Assembly: GCA_965208325.1 (NCBI GenBank)
Contig: OZ242326.1
Span: 64,001-128,000, forward strand
Direction: 5' to 3'
Length of the DNA stretch: 64,000 bases
Origin: Candidatus Poribacteria bacterium
GTDB taxonomy: Bacteria; Poribacteria; WGA-4E; PCPOR2b
Shown here: one piece after another, positions 1-9,805 of the stretch
Layout: every line of letters begins with the position of its first letter
Numbering within the stretch: position 1 is the stretch's first letter
Translations under genes and position numbers: made by a program
The notes under the pieces: model-generated
What the model saw: only the letters and a program-made list of their open reading frames with translations
What the model was told of the DNA's origin: nothing
Databases searched by the model: none

Positions 1-2232
1 TGTGATTGGGCGCGGGAGCGGTTCACGATGGATGAAGGCCTATCAAAAGCTGTCCGCACCGCGTTCGTCAAGCTGTATGACGACGGTCTCATTTATCTCA
101 GTGAGAATCTCACTAACTGGTGCCCGAATTGCGGCACCGGAATCTCCGATTTGGAAGTCAACCCGGTCGAAATTGACGGGAATCTCTACCATATCAAATA
201 CCCAATCGAAGGATCGGGCGAATTCCTTGAAATCGCCACTACCCGCCCGGAAACGATGATTGGCGATACAGCAGTTGCTGTTCATCCTGAAGACCATCGG
301 TATCAGCATCTCATTGGCAAGTCCGCAATACTCCCGATTCTTGAGCGTAAACTGCCGGTTATCGCCGATGAATACGTGGACCGTGAATTCGGCGTCGGTG
401 CGTTAAAAGTCACACCGGCGCACGACCCGAACGACTACGAAATTGGACATCGACACAATCTGAAACAGATGAACATCCTCAATCCCGACGGTACACTGAA
501 CGAAAACGCTGGGCAAGCATACCACGGTATGGATCGATTTGCATGTCGAGAAAAGCTTGTCGAGGATTTGCGCCAACGCGGATACTTAATCAAAATTCTG
601 CCGCATCGTCACACCGTAGGGCATCACGAACGGTGCAATCAAATCATTGAACCGTACATTGCGCCGCAATGGTACTTGAACGTCAAGCCGATGGCAGAAC
701 GCGCCATTGAGGCCGTCCGGAAAGGCGAAATCGTCATTCTTCCTAAACGTGAAGAAAAACGCTTCTTTCAGTGGATGGAAAACATTGAGCCGTGGCCGGT
801 TTCACGTCAGCGTTGGTGGGGGCATCTCTTACCGATGTGGCACTGCCATGATTGCGGTGAGATTTCTGTAGCTATTGATACACCGCGCTGCTGCTCTCAT
901 TGCACTTCAGATAACATCAGTCAGAGTGAGGAAGTGCTAGACACTTGGTTCAGTTCAGCGCTTTGGCCATTCTCCACAATGGGATGGCCAGATGAAAGTC
1001 CCCTATTGAAAACGTTTTATCCAACTTCCGTATTGGTTACCGGATGGGACATCCTTTTCTTCTGGGTTGCGCGCATGACGATGTTTGGTCTACAGTTTAT
1101 GGATGAGGTGCCGTTCCGCCACGTCTACCTTCACGCATTAGTTGCCGATGAACAAGGACAAAAGCAGAGCAAATCCAAGGGCAACGCCATAGATCCCGTG
1201 CCAACGATTCAGGAATACGGGGCAGACGGTTTTCGGTTCGCGCTCAGCTATTCTAACGTACCTAATCCTTATATTGCTTTAGGGCAACCTCAGATTGAAG
1301 CGGGGAAACGGTTCGCAAACAAGATTTGGAATGCCTCTCGATTTCTACTAATGAATCTTGATGGTTACGACAGTTCCGCGCCCGTTAGCGGCAATTTTCT
1401 CCTTTGTGACCGATGGATTCGTAGTCGGTTTAACCACACTGTAAACGTTGTTACGGCCGCCTTCGAAGAGTACCGATTCAGCGATGCGGCGCACGCACTG
1501 TATGAATTTTTATGGCACGAATTCTGTGATTGGTATATCGAAATCATCAAGCAACGGTTGTATTACACTGACCAACCCGATGCGAAACACACGGCGCAAA
1601 CTGTCGCCGCCCAAATCCTCGAAAGCACGATGCGCTTGCTCCACCCCATGATGCCGTTCATCACTGAAGAAATTTGGCAGCAACTGCCCCATCAAGGAGA
1701 GAGCATATTGGACGCTAGTTGGCCAAGGGCTGATGCAGTGCTGGAAGATTCAAAATCGGAAAATGCCATGAAAACCATCATGAGTGTTATCGACAGCATC
1801 CGCAGCGTTCGTGGTGAGATGAATGTCCCGCCAGCCAGCGAAATCGAGGTGTTGATTCAAGTCCCGGACGCTGATTCTCGCGAACTCCTAACCAATCACC
1901 TGGAAGAATATCTTCCAGCGTTCACGCATTTCTCAAGAATTTCTACCGCGGCACACCAAACGAAACCTGACGCAGCCGCAGCCGCAGTGATTGGCGAAAT
2001 TGTGATTTATATCCCGCTTGCGGGAATAATCGACATTGACAAGGAAAAAGCGCGTTTACAAAAACGGATCGACAAGGTAATTAAGGATTTAGACAGCACC
2101 CAGAAAACCCTCAATAATCCAAACTTCATTGAGCGGGCACCGGAGGCGGTTGTTGAACAGAGGCGTTCTCGGTTTAAGGCGCTCGAATCGGAAAAGAAGA
2201 AGTTAGCTGCGAATTTGCAGATGTTGGCGTGA
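1..2232 (+). CDS. valS: Valine--tRNA ligase, 5'-truncated (gene starts before the window; the Met at 28 is internal)
   Basis: ATTRPET, GALKVTPAHD, SRQRWWGH, LDTWFSS and TGWDILFFWVARM motifs, a KMSKS-like KQSKS, and a C-terminal coiled-coil arm. Confidence 0.97.
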   Translation, partial: CDWARERFTMDEGLSKAVRTAFVKLYDDGLIYLSENLTNWCPNCGTGISDLEVNPVEIDGNLYHIKYPIEGSGEFLEIATTRPETMIGDTAVAVHPEDHRYQHLIGKSAILPILERKLPVIADEYVDREFGVGALKVTPAHDPNDYEIGHRHNLKQMNILNPDGTLNENAGQAYHGMDRFACREKLVEDLRQRGYLIKILPHRHTVGHHERCNQIIEPYIAPQWYLNVKPMAERAIEAVRKGEIVILPKREEKRFFQWMENIEPWPVSRQRWWGHLLPMWHCHDCGEISVAIDTPRCCSHCTSDNISQSEEVLDTWFSSALWPFSTMGWPDESPLLKTFYPTSVLVTGWDILFFWVARMTMFGLQFMDEVPFRHVYLHALVADEQGQKQSKSKGNAIDPVPTIQEYGADGFRFALSYSNVPNPYIALGQPQIEAGKRFANKIWNASRFLLMNLDGYDSSAPVSGNFLLCDRWIRSRFNHTVNVVTAAFEEYRFSDAAHALYEFLWHEFCDWYIEIIKQRLYYTDQPDAKHTAQTVAAQILESTMRLLHPMMPFITEEIWQQLPHQGESILDASWPRADAVLEDSKSENAMKTIMSVIDSIRSVRGEMNVPPASEIEVLIQVPDADSRELLTNHLEEYLPAFTHFSRISTAAHQTKPDAAAAAVIGEIVIYIPLAGIIDIDKEKARLQKRIDKVIKDLDSTQKTLNNPNFIERAPEAVVEQRRSRFKALESEKKKLAANLQMLA

Positions 2233-2363
2233 AATGTGAAAGGAACCTAGGTGGGATATGAATGCGATAGTTGCGCGTCAAGTTTAAGAACCGTTGTGAA
2301 TTTCTCTACGCTTCCAAACATTGTCAACGGTTGTCTCTATTGCGGCTGGGTACGTTTGCTCGG

Positions 2364-3791
2364 CTAGGCGAGCCGCGGGTGCCGCCCCAACTTTTTCAGT
2401 AGTGTGTCAACCTCTTTGCCGTATGTATTGAAAGGATCCTGCATTTCAAATGGGTCTTCATGAGTAAAGTAAATTTGATGCCAATCAACAATGCAAGGCA
2501 AGCGATTTTGGGACAGATAGCGCATCACCTGTGTTCGTGCTTTTGCTCTGGTGTCCTCAGGGGCATTCTGAATAGCAACATTAAGCTGCTGATCGCTTGT
2601 TAGCCTCCTTGCGTGGCCTTGATTCTCCAATTCATAATAGAGCCCCTTTTCCGTATGCATGTGGTGATACTGCAGATCGAGACTCTCAAGCCACGGATCG
2701 TCCCAATCCAATCCTTCGTCCGCCATGAAGGTCTCAAGCAGCCATTTTTTTGCTACCCAATCAACCCGATCGGTTAAACGCTCCCAATCCGCTTCCAAGT
2801 CGTCCAAGACAGATTCCCATTCGGTCAAAACCCAATCAGTGTCTTCATCCCGGCCTTTTAGTAATTTTTGTGCCAGATTTAAATATTCACGCTGCAGTTC
2901 AACGGCGGAGATAGTTCCTCCCGAATCTAACTCGACCATCCACTTAAACGACTGATCTCTCGAAATCTGTTTAATGGCTTCAACCGGATTAAGAAGGCTC
3001 AAATCGCGGGGTCGATGCCCTTCTTCAATCAAATCGAGAATTAGAGAGGTCGTACCAACCTTCAATGCGGTTACATATTCAGACATATTGGAATCTCCGA
3101 CTAGCAGGTGCAGCCGCCGATATTTTGTGTGGTCACCCAGTGGTTCATCTCGAGTGTTGATGATTGCGCGGCTAAACTGGATCCATTCATAAATTTCTGT
3201 GACGATGTGATCTGCACGTTGAGAAATTTGGAAGCCTACAAAGTCGTCGCGGCGGCAATGGGCATCTCCAAACTCAAGAATTTCTTCGTGTCCGCCTACT
3301 CGACCTGCGCCCGCAAAAATCTGCCGTGTCACAAAAAAGGGCATCAATGTCGGAATCACAACCTTGTAGAAAGGAATATCCCGCCGGAGTTGGTAATTTT
3401 CATGGCAGCCGAATGTCGCCCCGGTGAGGTGATCCACGTTATTCTTGAAAAAAGAAACCTCCTCGCCTAACCCAATGTCGTTTAGTACGTCAGCAAGCAG
3501 CCGTTCAATAGATTTATCGTAAGCGAGAAGATCGAAAAGCTTAACGCATTCCGGCGTTGCATATTCCAGATGACCCATATCAATATAAAGCCGCCCCCCA
3601 TTGAACAGGAAACCGCCGTTGCCCGGCGGTTCGCCCCAGTCTCGATAGTGCATGTCAGAGATGCCAAGCTTTAATTCGTGGAAAACGTAATCTCTGACTC
3701 GTGCAGCGACCCCTTCAGGCGTGCCAAAAGATTGGTCGATGTTCGCCAAACATCCATATTCCGTTTCAATGCCAAATATGCGTCTACTCAC
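2364..3791 (-). CDS. pafA: PafA-family Pup/UBact--protein ligase
   Basis: RRIFGIETEYG, FLFNGGRLYID-GHLEYATPEC, GCHENY, SQRADH, INTRDEP and RRLHLLVGDSNM motifs; last gene of the proteasome operon. Confidence 0.9.
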   Translation of the reverse strand: MSRRIFGIETEYGCLANIDQSFGTPEGVAARVRDYVFHELKLGISDMHYRDWGEPPGNGGFLFNGGRLYIDMGHLEYATPECVKLFDLLAYDKSIERLLADVLNDIGLGEEVSFFKNNVDHLTGATFGCHENYQLRRDIPFYKVVIPTLMPFFVTRQIFAGAGRVGGHEEILEFGDAHCRRDDFVGFQISQRADHIVTEIYEWIQFSRAIINTRDEPLGDHTKYRRLHLLVGDSNMSEYVTALKVGTTSLILDLIEEGHRPRDLSLLNPVEAIKQISRDQSFKWMVELDSGGTISAVELQREYLNLAQKLLKGRDEDTDWVLTEWESVLDDLEADWERLTDRVDWVAKKWLLETFMADEGLDWDDPWLESLDLQYHHMHTEKGLYYELENQGHARRLTSDQQLNVAIQNAPEDTRAKARTQVMRYLSQNRLPCIVDWHQIYFTHEDPFEMQDPFNTYGKEVDTLLKKLGRHPRLA

Positions 3792-3810
3792 AACGTTCCC
3801 TCATAGCGGG

Positions 3811-4647
3811 CTAAAGCCAATCTGAAATAGCTGCATTAATATCTTCCGCAGAAATCGAGCGAAACTTGCTCTTGCTTCGGCGGGATTCTTGCAAGACGCC
3901 TACATTAATCTGCCCTTGGTTCAACTCTCTCTTGAGCACGCCGTGTATGTGCTCCATGTCCATATTAAGATTACCGGGATTCTCCTCTTCGCAACGGCTG
4001 TTACCTTCCTCTACCTGCCCGGAATCTTCCGCCCCGATATAGTTCGAATTTTCAACGCTTGGGCTTACATCCCAACCGACTGCCCACGCTTCTAGCCCCA
4101 ATCGCAACGCTGAAGTAAACGAAAGGCCGGCTGAATCCGAGTTCGATAAGTGACTTTTCATCGCCGTTTCAACTTCCTCTGTGCCGCCAATAACTTCCGC
4201 CGATTGATTTGACCGCGTTGTGCCATCATAATTCAGCGCAACGAATTGATGCCCTTGTCCATGGCTGCCCAGTTCAGCCAGCAGCATTTTTATGATATAA
4301 GCGGATGCAAAAACGGCTTCAAAGGCTTGTTTTAAAGTAGGTCCCAGTACAAAATTTGAGAGTCGGTGTAGAGTGACATCATCCACCGAACTTTGAAACC
4401 CTTGTACGGAAGCGGTGTCAGTTGCCAGCATGCGCAAACGTTCGATATCCGCAGTGTGTCCGATTGCCGACAGCGCTAGGCGGTCGTGGACTTCGAAGAT
4501 TTTACGCTGACCGCGCCCGATTGTCAAAAGCAACATACCCTCATCGTAGCTTAATCCAACTACAGGGCTTCCCATTCGTAGTTGGTCTTCAATGTAGTCG
4601 CGCCGATTGTTGATTGCTTCAATCCAGCGATATGGCTCATCCAACAT
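3811..4647 (-). CDS. prcA: 20S proteasome alpha subunit (likely start 4647, MLDEPY; track ORF starts at 4659)
   Basis: Ntn-fold alpha-type N-terminus (RRDYIEDQL..GSPVV, KIFEVHDRL...IG..ADIE.LR); overlaps the prcB stop. Confidence 0.85.
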   Translation of the reverse strand: MLDEPYRWIEAINNRRDYIEDQLRMGSPVVGLSYDEGMLLLTIGRGQRKIFEVHDRLALSAIGHTADIERLRMLATDTASVQGFQSSVDDVTLHRLSNFVLGPTLKQAFEAVFASAYIIKMLLAELGSHGQGHQFVALNYDGTTRSNQSAEVIGGTEEVETAMKSHLSNSDSAGLSFTSALRLGLEAWAVGWDVSPSVENSNYIGAEDSGQVEEGNSRCEEENPGNLNMDMEHIHGVLKRELNQGQINVGVLQESRRSKSKFRSISAEDINAAISDWL

Positions 4648-5443
4648 GGTCTGTCTCAACAGATTGACTATAAATTTGGCTTAATTGTTCAACCGAAAGA
4701 TCGCGAATCCCGTCCTTTGTAATGGTTTTGACGGTTGGAAAAATTTTTGATTTTGGATTATACCCGCTTGTCGCGGAATCATATTCTGAAGCCGCATCAA
4801 GAAGTCTTAAGATATTGATTGTAGCTTGACGCTCGTCCATTTCGATAAGACGTACATCTCCCCAGCGATTCACATGATACAACACACCGCGAATCCACAC
4901 GGAACCAGAACCGGACGTTGCAAAATCCGCGCTTTCAAAGTGAGCGCCGAGCGCATCGTAAAAAAAGATTTGCCCCCCGTTTGCACCGCCGCTCTGCAGA
5001 TTATAGACGGCGAAGATTGGAATTACGCCTCCAATGCCTTGCAATGCCATTGGCAAATTCTCGCGAATCAGGCGCGAGAGCATTCGAAGCTTTCCCTCTA
5101 TGCTCAACTCTTGAAGCTGACTGCGGCGAAAATACTGGAACGAATGTTCTAGCACACGTGCCATTTCATAAGCCACGGCAGGCGCTCCCGAGATGGCCAA
5201 CACGGAAAATTCATCAATTTGCAGGACTTTTTCCGCGCGATCATAAATGACCGCCGTACCCGCCGTTGCACGTCGATCGCCGCCGATGATGACACCGTCC
5301 TTGTACCGTGTTGCGACTACTGTTGTACCTTCTGTCCATTCGGGATGATTCGAAGGTGTGTTTATAGATCCGGCAGGCGGATCAATCTGAATCTGGCAGT
5401 CATGTGCTTTCAAAAGATCAAGAAAGTCACCCTTATTCTCCAT
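4637..5443 (-). CDS. prcB: 20S proteasome beta subunit with propeptide
   Basis: EG|TTVVA autocleavage site giving the catalytic Thr; GDRRATAG and SGSGS motifs. Confidence 0.92.
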   Translation of the reverse strand: MENKGDFLDLLKAHDCQIQIDPPAGSINTPSNHPEWTEGTTVVATRYKDGVIIGGDRRATAGTAVIYDRAEKVLQIDEFSVLAISGAPAVAYEMARVLEHSFQYFRRSQLQELSIEGKLRMLSRLIRENLPMALQGIGGVIPIFAVYNLQSGGANGGQIFFYDALGAHFESADFATSGSGSVWIRGVLYHVNRWGDVRLIEMDERQATINILRLLDAASEYDSATSGYNPKSKIFPTVKTITKDGIRDLSVEQLSQIYSQSVETDHVG

Positions 5444-5445
5444 GC

Positions 5446-5646
5446 CTATTCACCTGTTCGCTGCCGATACCGCCGCGATTGATCTTTATCAACACGCTTC
5501 ATCCGGCGGAGCAACTCTTTTGTGTCTGGCTTATTAACATCCGGACGTTTCGGCCCCTCATCTTCGCCATCGCCCCCGCCGCTATCAAGCGGCTTTGCGG
5601 GCCTTCGGATGCGGTCTCGAAAAAGGGCAATATCATATGTAGTCAT
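5446..5646 (-). CDS. ubact: Ubiquitin-like modifier UBact (Pup analogue)
   Basis: 66-aa disordered protein ending YRQRTGE (R[T/S]G[E/Q] UBact signature); lies between dop and prcB; AGGAGG RBS. Confidence 0.9.
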   Translation of the reverse strand: MTTYDIALFRDRIRRPAKPLDSGGGDGEDEGPKRPDVNKPDTKELLRRMKRVDKDQSRRYRQRTGE

Positions 5647-5909
5647 GCTTATTTCCTCCTTTGCGGGGATTCATGGGTTTGAAAACGCCAGCCGTCACCC
5701 GATAAACTTACTAGTTTAAGATTTTCTCTAGACGTAACAAGTCATCTACTCGTTGGCAAGGAAGAAGTTATCAATCTCTAACTTGTATAATTATGTTCAG
5801 TGTGTGCAAATCAACATAGGGGAAACGAATTTTGCATTCGTTATACGCGGGATACACCCGTTGTGCTACCCACCTTGAAAAATCTCTTGCTGCGCCAGGA
5901 TGCTTCTCC

Positions 5910-7430
5910 CTACGCCTTACGCAACCCCAGATTCTCAAGTAACGCTTCAACTGTTTGGGACTGGTTTAGAATACGGTTGTATTTCTCTGAAATTTCTGGA
6001 CTGGCAAGTTGGTTCATGTTCACGGTAAACGGCTGCCCTTTGGAGTTGAATGTGATACTGTCCCATTGCACAGATTTGACGTGAGAACGAAATTTATGCA
6101 GCGATTTACCTCTAAAATATGCGCGAGTGTCAGCCGGCGGATTCTGAATCGCTTCTTCAATCTGTTGATCGGTAACGACGCGCTGCATTAACCCTTGGGC
6201 TTCCAATCCATAATATAACCCTGCGTCGCAATCAATGTTGTGATACTCCAGGTCAAGGCTCTGTAACCACGTATCGTCCCAACCAAGGTTTTCTTCATCA
6301 ATAAAGGTATCTAGCAGCCATTTTTTGGCGACCCAGTCGAGTTGGCTTCTCAGCTCCATCGGTTCTTTTTCAAGCGAATCTAGCACTGATTCCCATTCGG
6401 CAAGTACCCAATCCGTCTCATCGTTTTTTGCGTTAAGATGTTTTTGGGCTAAAGCGAGATATTCCCGCTGAAGATTTACCGCCGAAATTGTCTTTCCGTT
6501 ATTCAACTTCAACATCCATTCATAAGTCTGATCGCGGGAAATTTCTTTGATTGCGTGAGTCGGCTGCTGGACCGTAAAATCGTCTGGGATTCGATTCTCC
6601 TCAATTAAATCTATGACTAGCGTCGTCGTGCCAATCTTTAGCGCCGTAGCATACTCTGACATATTCGCATCACCGACAATGCCGTGCAAGCGGCGGAATT
6701 TAGTGGGATCAGCATGTGGTTCGTCCCGCGTATTCACGATGGGGCGGTTGTGCATCGTATCAACGCTCGCTTCAACATGAAAAAAATCTGAGCGCTGCGC
6801 GAGTTGAAACAAACCCGCTGAATTCAGGCCCGACTCGGTTTCGATTCCTACTTTGCCGGCGCCTGCAAAAATTTGCCTCGTAATCAAAAACGGCATGATA
6901 CTCTCTTTGAGATATTCAAAAGGGATGTCACGCCGCATTAGGTAGTTATCATGACAGCCGTAACTGTGTCCGTGAAAATCAGTGTTGTTTTTATATAGGA
7001 CTACCCGCTTGCCTATTTCTAGACTCCGTCTCGACGCACATCGTTGAAGTATCCGCTCGCCGCTCTTATCATGGGCAACTAGCTGAAAAAGACTGCGGCA
7101 TTCAGCCGTGGAGTATTCAGGATGTGCATGGTCGTTGTATAGACGAGCACCGTTGTTTAGAATTAAGTCGCTCTTGATTTCAAGTGCAGACAGATTGCGA
7201 TGCCGGTCCGCTGCCTGGTGACTCCGCTCATCTGGGTGTTCCTCCAGTGTCTTTGCGCGGAAGCCGCGCACATCTTGTAACGGGTCCTCGCCGCTGTAAT
7301 CCCACATCGGATAAAAATCGCCGTGTCTATAACTCTTGATTAATTCGATGGATTGTTGGACTGGATCGATGTTGTCCTCGCCTTCAATTGTAATGCCGTA
7401 TTCCGTTTCGATTCCCAAGAGTCTTTGCAT
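5910..7430 (-). CDS. dop: Dop/PafA2-family deamidase/depupylase (likely start 7430, MQRLLGIETEYG)
   Basis: GIETEYGI, Dop-loop region (WDYSGEDPL.D.RGF), NGARLYNDHAHPEYST, SYGCHDNY, NTRDEPHAD. Confidence 0.9.
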   Translation of the reverse strand: MQRLLGIETEYGITIEGEDNIDPVQQSIELIKSYRHGDFYPMWDYSGEDPLQDVRGFRAKTLEEHPDERSHQAADRHRNLSALEIKSDLILNNGARLYNDHAHPEYSTAECRSLFQLVAHDKSGERILQRCASRRSLEIGKRVVLYKNNTDFHGHSYGCHDNYLMRRDIPFEYLKESIMPFLITRQIFAGAGKVGIETESGLNSAGLFQLAQRSDFFHVEASVDTMHNRPIVNTRDEPHADPTKFRRLHGIVGDANMSEYATALKIGTTTLVIDLIEENRIPDDFTVQQPTHAIKEISRDQTYEWMLKLNNGKTISAVNLQREYLALAQKHLNAKNDETDWVLAEWESVLDSLEKEPMELRSQLDWVAKKWLLDTFIDEENLGWDDTWLQSLDLEYHNIDCDAGLYYGLEAQGLMQRVVTDQQIEEAIQNPPADTRAYFRGKSLHKFRSHVKSVQWDSITFNSKGQPFTVNMNQLASPEISEKYNRILNQSQTVEALLENLGLRKA

Positions 7431-7456
7431 AATTATTAGAATGCGTCGTCCTGAAT

Positions 7457-7600
7457 CCTCCCGTTTACGAATGGGGAGTTGGAGGGGGTGATAACACGGT
7501 TGCAGCAATTCCACCGGGATGCCCAAATCGTAGGGGTTGGGCATCCCTATCCACTAAATGGCGTTTCCTACCCCTTACGAAGGGGACGTTAGCGGGGGTA
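7457..7600. repeat. REP-like palindrome cluster between arc and dop
   Basis: Perfect 11-bp IR GGGATGCCCAA (7516-7526)/TTGGGCATCCC (7537-7547); CCCCTT-acg-AAGGGG hairpin near 7571; G-rich tails like the repeat at about 18010. Confidence 0.55.
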
Positions 7601-7633
7601 GAATCACTTTTACGGACAGATCCGCACCAATGC

Positions 7634-9424
7634 CTAGATTACGTGAGTCGCGGTAGATTTTCTGCGGTTTGATTTTTCAGGGCGAAATGGGGTTACCTTG
7701 ACAACTTTCTCAGGGTCATAGTCGAGCAGTTTCAGCCAATCTTCCACACTATCCGTCGCCGGAAAAATTTCATTTTCGCGGTATTCTGCTGCAACTGCAT
7801 CCAGGAGATCGCCTGCACGAATCCCGACGCCATCATCACCAGGGGCATCAACTTCTTTAATGTGTTCGCTGCGTTCAATTGCCCTTTTGATTGCGGATTC
7901 TTTGGCACGTTGAATTATGGAAGCAATAATCGCACCATTACAAAGATCGCCCCGATACAACGTGTCACGACGACCGTTTTGCAAAACAACCTCTAAGAAC
8001 TTGTTACTTTCGGTGCGCTGAAACAGTTCGCTGCAGACCAAATCAAGGAGGTGCGAAACAGCGTCTTCTGAATTGCCGTTATGCGTTTCTAGCACTTCAG
8101 GATCGATTGGTAGATCTGACGCGAGATAAATGCGGGCGATTTCCTCCGCCCCTTCTTTATCCGGCCGCCTGACCCTTATCTTTCGGTCAATGCGTCCAGG
8201 GCGCAGAATCGCAGGATCGATAAGATCCGGGCGGTTCGTTGCGAGAATTATCACGACATCTTTCAGCGACTCGAGCCCGTCCATTTCGGCACAAAACATC
8301 GGTACAACCGTGTTTGAAATGTTATGGGAGCGGAAGGATCGGCGTGTTCCCAAGATGGACTCTGCTTCGTCAATAAAAACAAACGGTAGGAAACCCTCGT
8401 GCCGTTTTTCACGCGCAATCTGGAAGATTTCACGCACCTTGCGTTCCGATTCGCCAAGCCACATATTTAGAATTTCCGGCCCCTTGATGTGGAGGAAACA
8501 CCCTGTGACATCAGATCCTGTCTCTTGTCTCAATCGCTGCGTCAGATTGTAGGCCGTGGCTTTGCCAATGAGCGTCTTGCCGCAACCGGGAGGGCCATAC
8601 AACAGAAAACCCTTGGGAGGCGCATATTGGAAGCGATTAAAGAGGTCAGGGTAGAGAATCGGAAGCTCAATAGTATCTTTAATTAGTTGAATGGTATCAT
8701 TCAATCCTCCAATTTTCGTCCAAGGCACCTGTGGCACGTCTTCGAGGAAGTAATCTTTCACTTCTTTAACTTCAAGTCGTTCAAGCGCAACTCTAAAGTT
8801 TGCATCGATACGAATTTCTTCGTTCGCTTTGAGTTTTGCGTTGGCGAGATCGGTCGACCGGTTTAATACAACCGCCTGCAATCCATGTTCCTGCCCAACC
8901 CGTAGTCGGCCGTCAGGCATCACATCAACAATCTTACCAGTTGGTCCGGACTGGTTGTATCCTAGCTCGCCAACTACGACATACGCCTCGTTAAGCAGTA
9001 CACTGTAACCGATTTTGAGAGACGAGGGATCCATTTGTGGATGAAGGTTTGCAAAATACTCTGAACCGCCTACAATCACATGGGCAACATCTTTTTTCGG
9101 CAAGCCTAACAGTGTCCCAATTCGATTTGCGGGTGCCGTGAGTTTTTCAACGACCTGCTGCATCTCGACGATTGTCTGTCTCGCCTCTTGAAACGTCATT
9201 TCATCTTCCAGGATGGCACGCCGCAGTTCATACAGCAGCGGACGAATGCCGTCGTCTTCAGGGGTTGCGAAGATGAGTTGGTCGACTAACATCAGAGATC
9301 GAGGTAATCCTGCCGTATCCTCATCATCTTCCCCAATCTCTTCTTCAAAGTCGTCATTGTCGAATAATCGTATGCGCTCCTCGGATATTTTCTCATGCCG
9401 GTTAACATCTTTTTTGTTTTGCAT
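7634..9424 (-). CDS. arc: Proteasome AAA+ ATPase ARC/Mpa
   Basis: N-terminal coiled coil and OB domains; GPPGCGKT Walker A, FIDEAE Walker B, ATNRPDLIDPAILRPGRID SRH; first gene of the operon. Confidence 0.93.
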   Translation of the reverse strand: MQNKKDVNRHEKISEERIRLFDNDDFEEEIGEDDEDTAGLPRSLMLVDQLIFATPEDDGIRPLLYELRRAILEDEMTFQEARQTIVEMQQVVEKLTAPANRIGTLLGLPKKDVAHVIVGGSEYFANLHPQMDPSSLKIGYSVLLNEAYVVVGELGYNQSGPTGKIVDVMPDGRLRVGQEHGLQAVVLNRSTDLANAKLKANEEIRIDANFRVALERLEVKEVKDYFLEDVPQVPWTKIGGLNDTIQLIKDTIELPILYPDLFNRFQYAPPKGFLLYGPPGCGKTLIGKATAYNLTQRLRQETGSDVTGCFLHIKGPEILNMWLGESERKVREIFQIAREKRHEGFLPFVFIDEAESILGTRRSFRSHNISNTVVPMFCAEMDGLESLKDVVIILATNRPDLIDPAILRPGRIDRKIRVRRPDKEGAEEIARIYLASDLPIDPEVLETHNGNSEDAVSHLLDLVCSELFQRTESNKFLEVVLQNGRRDTLYRGDLCNGAIIASIIQRAKESAIKRAIERSEHIKEVDAPGDDGVGIRAGDLLDAVAAEYRENEIFPATDSVEDWLKLLDYDPEKVVKVTPFRPEKSNRRKSTATHVI

Positions 9425-9776
9425 CAGACTTCTCCTTGGAACAAAATGATGGCTGATTAAATGGTTGCACTCAATACGTAAGTTCTAATTTCAATGTAAC
9501 AAGATGGCGGTAGGCTCCATCCCGGAAAGACCGCTAATGGTTAACGCGAAATTCAAAATTTCAAGTCAATCTCAATGCTGCGAAGTGTATTCGTAAAGGT
9601 TCGAGAGGATTCTTGAAAATAGCCGGTTTGAATCGAACCGGCCGAACATCTTTCATTGCCTAGATTGGGGATGCAGCGGTTCGCCGAACAAGTGTTGGTT
9701 AGGTATCGTTGGGAGACAAAATTGTAATTCTGATTTCGTGAAACCTTACGACTTTTTGTCATGCGAGGACAGACTT

Positions 9777-9805
9777 ATTCTATCACAACCCCAAAAAAAC
9801 ATCAA
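9777..9805 (-). promoter_or_regulatory. Putative sigma70-type promoter upstream of arc
   Basis: Minus strand TTGATG-17nt-TAGAAT with a TGn extension. Confidence 0.35.

Noticed and set aside
5446..5646. Canonical actinobacterial Pup
   Set aside because: The C-terminus is RTGE, not GG[E/Q], which matches UBact.
7431..7544. N-terminal extensions in the ORF track (dop; also 30877, 37597, 40374, 55562, 56467, 62019)
   Set aside because: Family-typical N-termini and/or RBS positions point to downstream starts.
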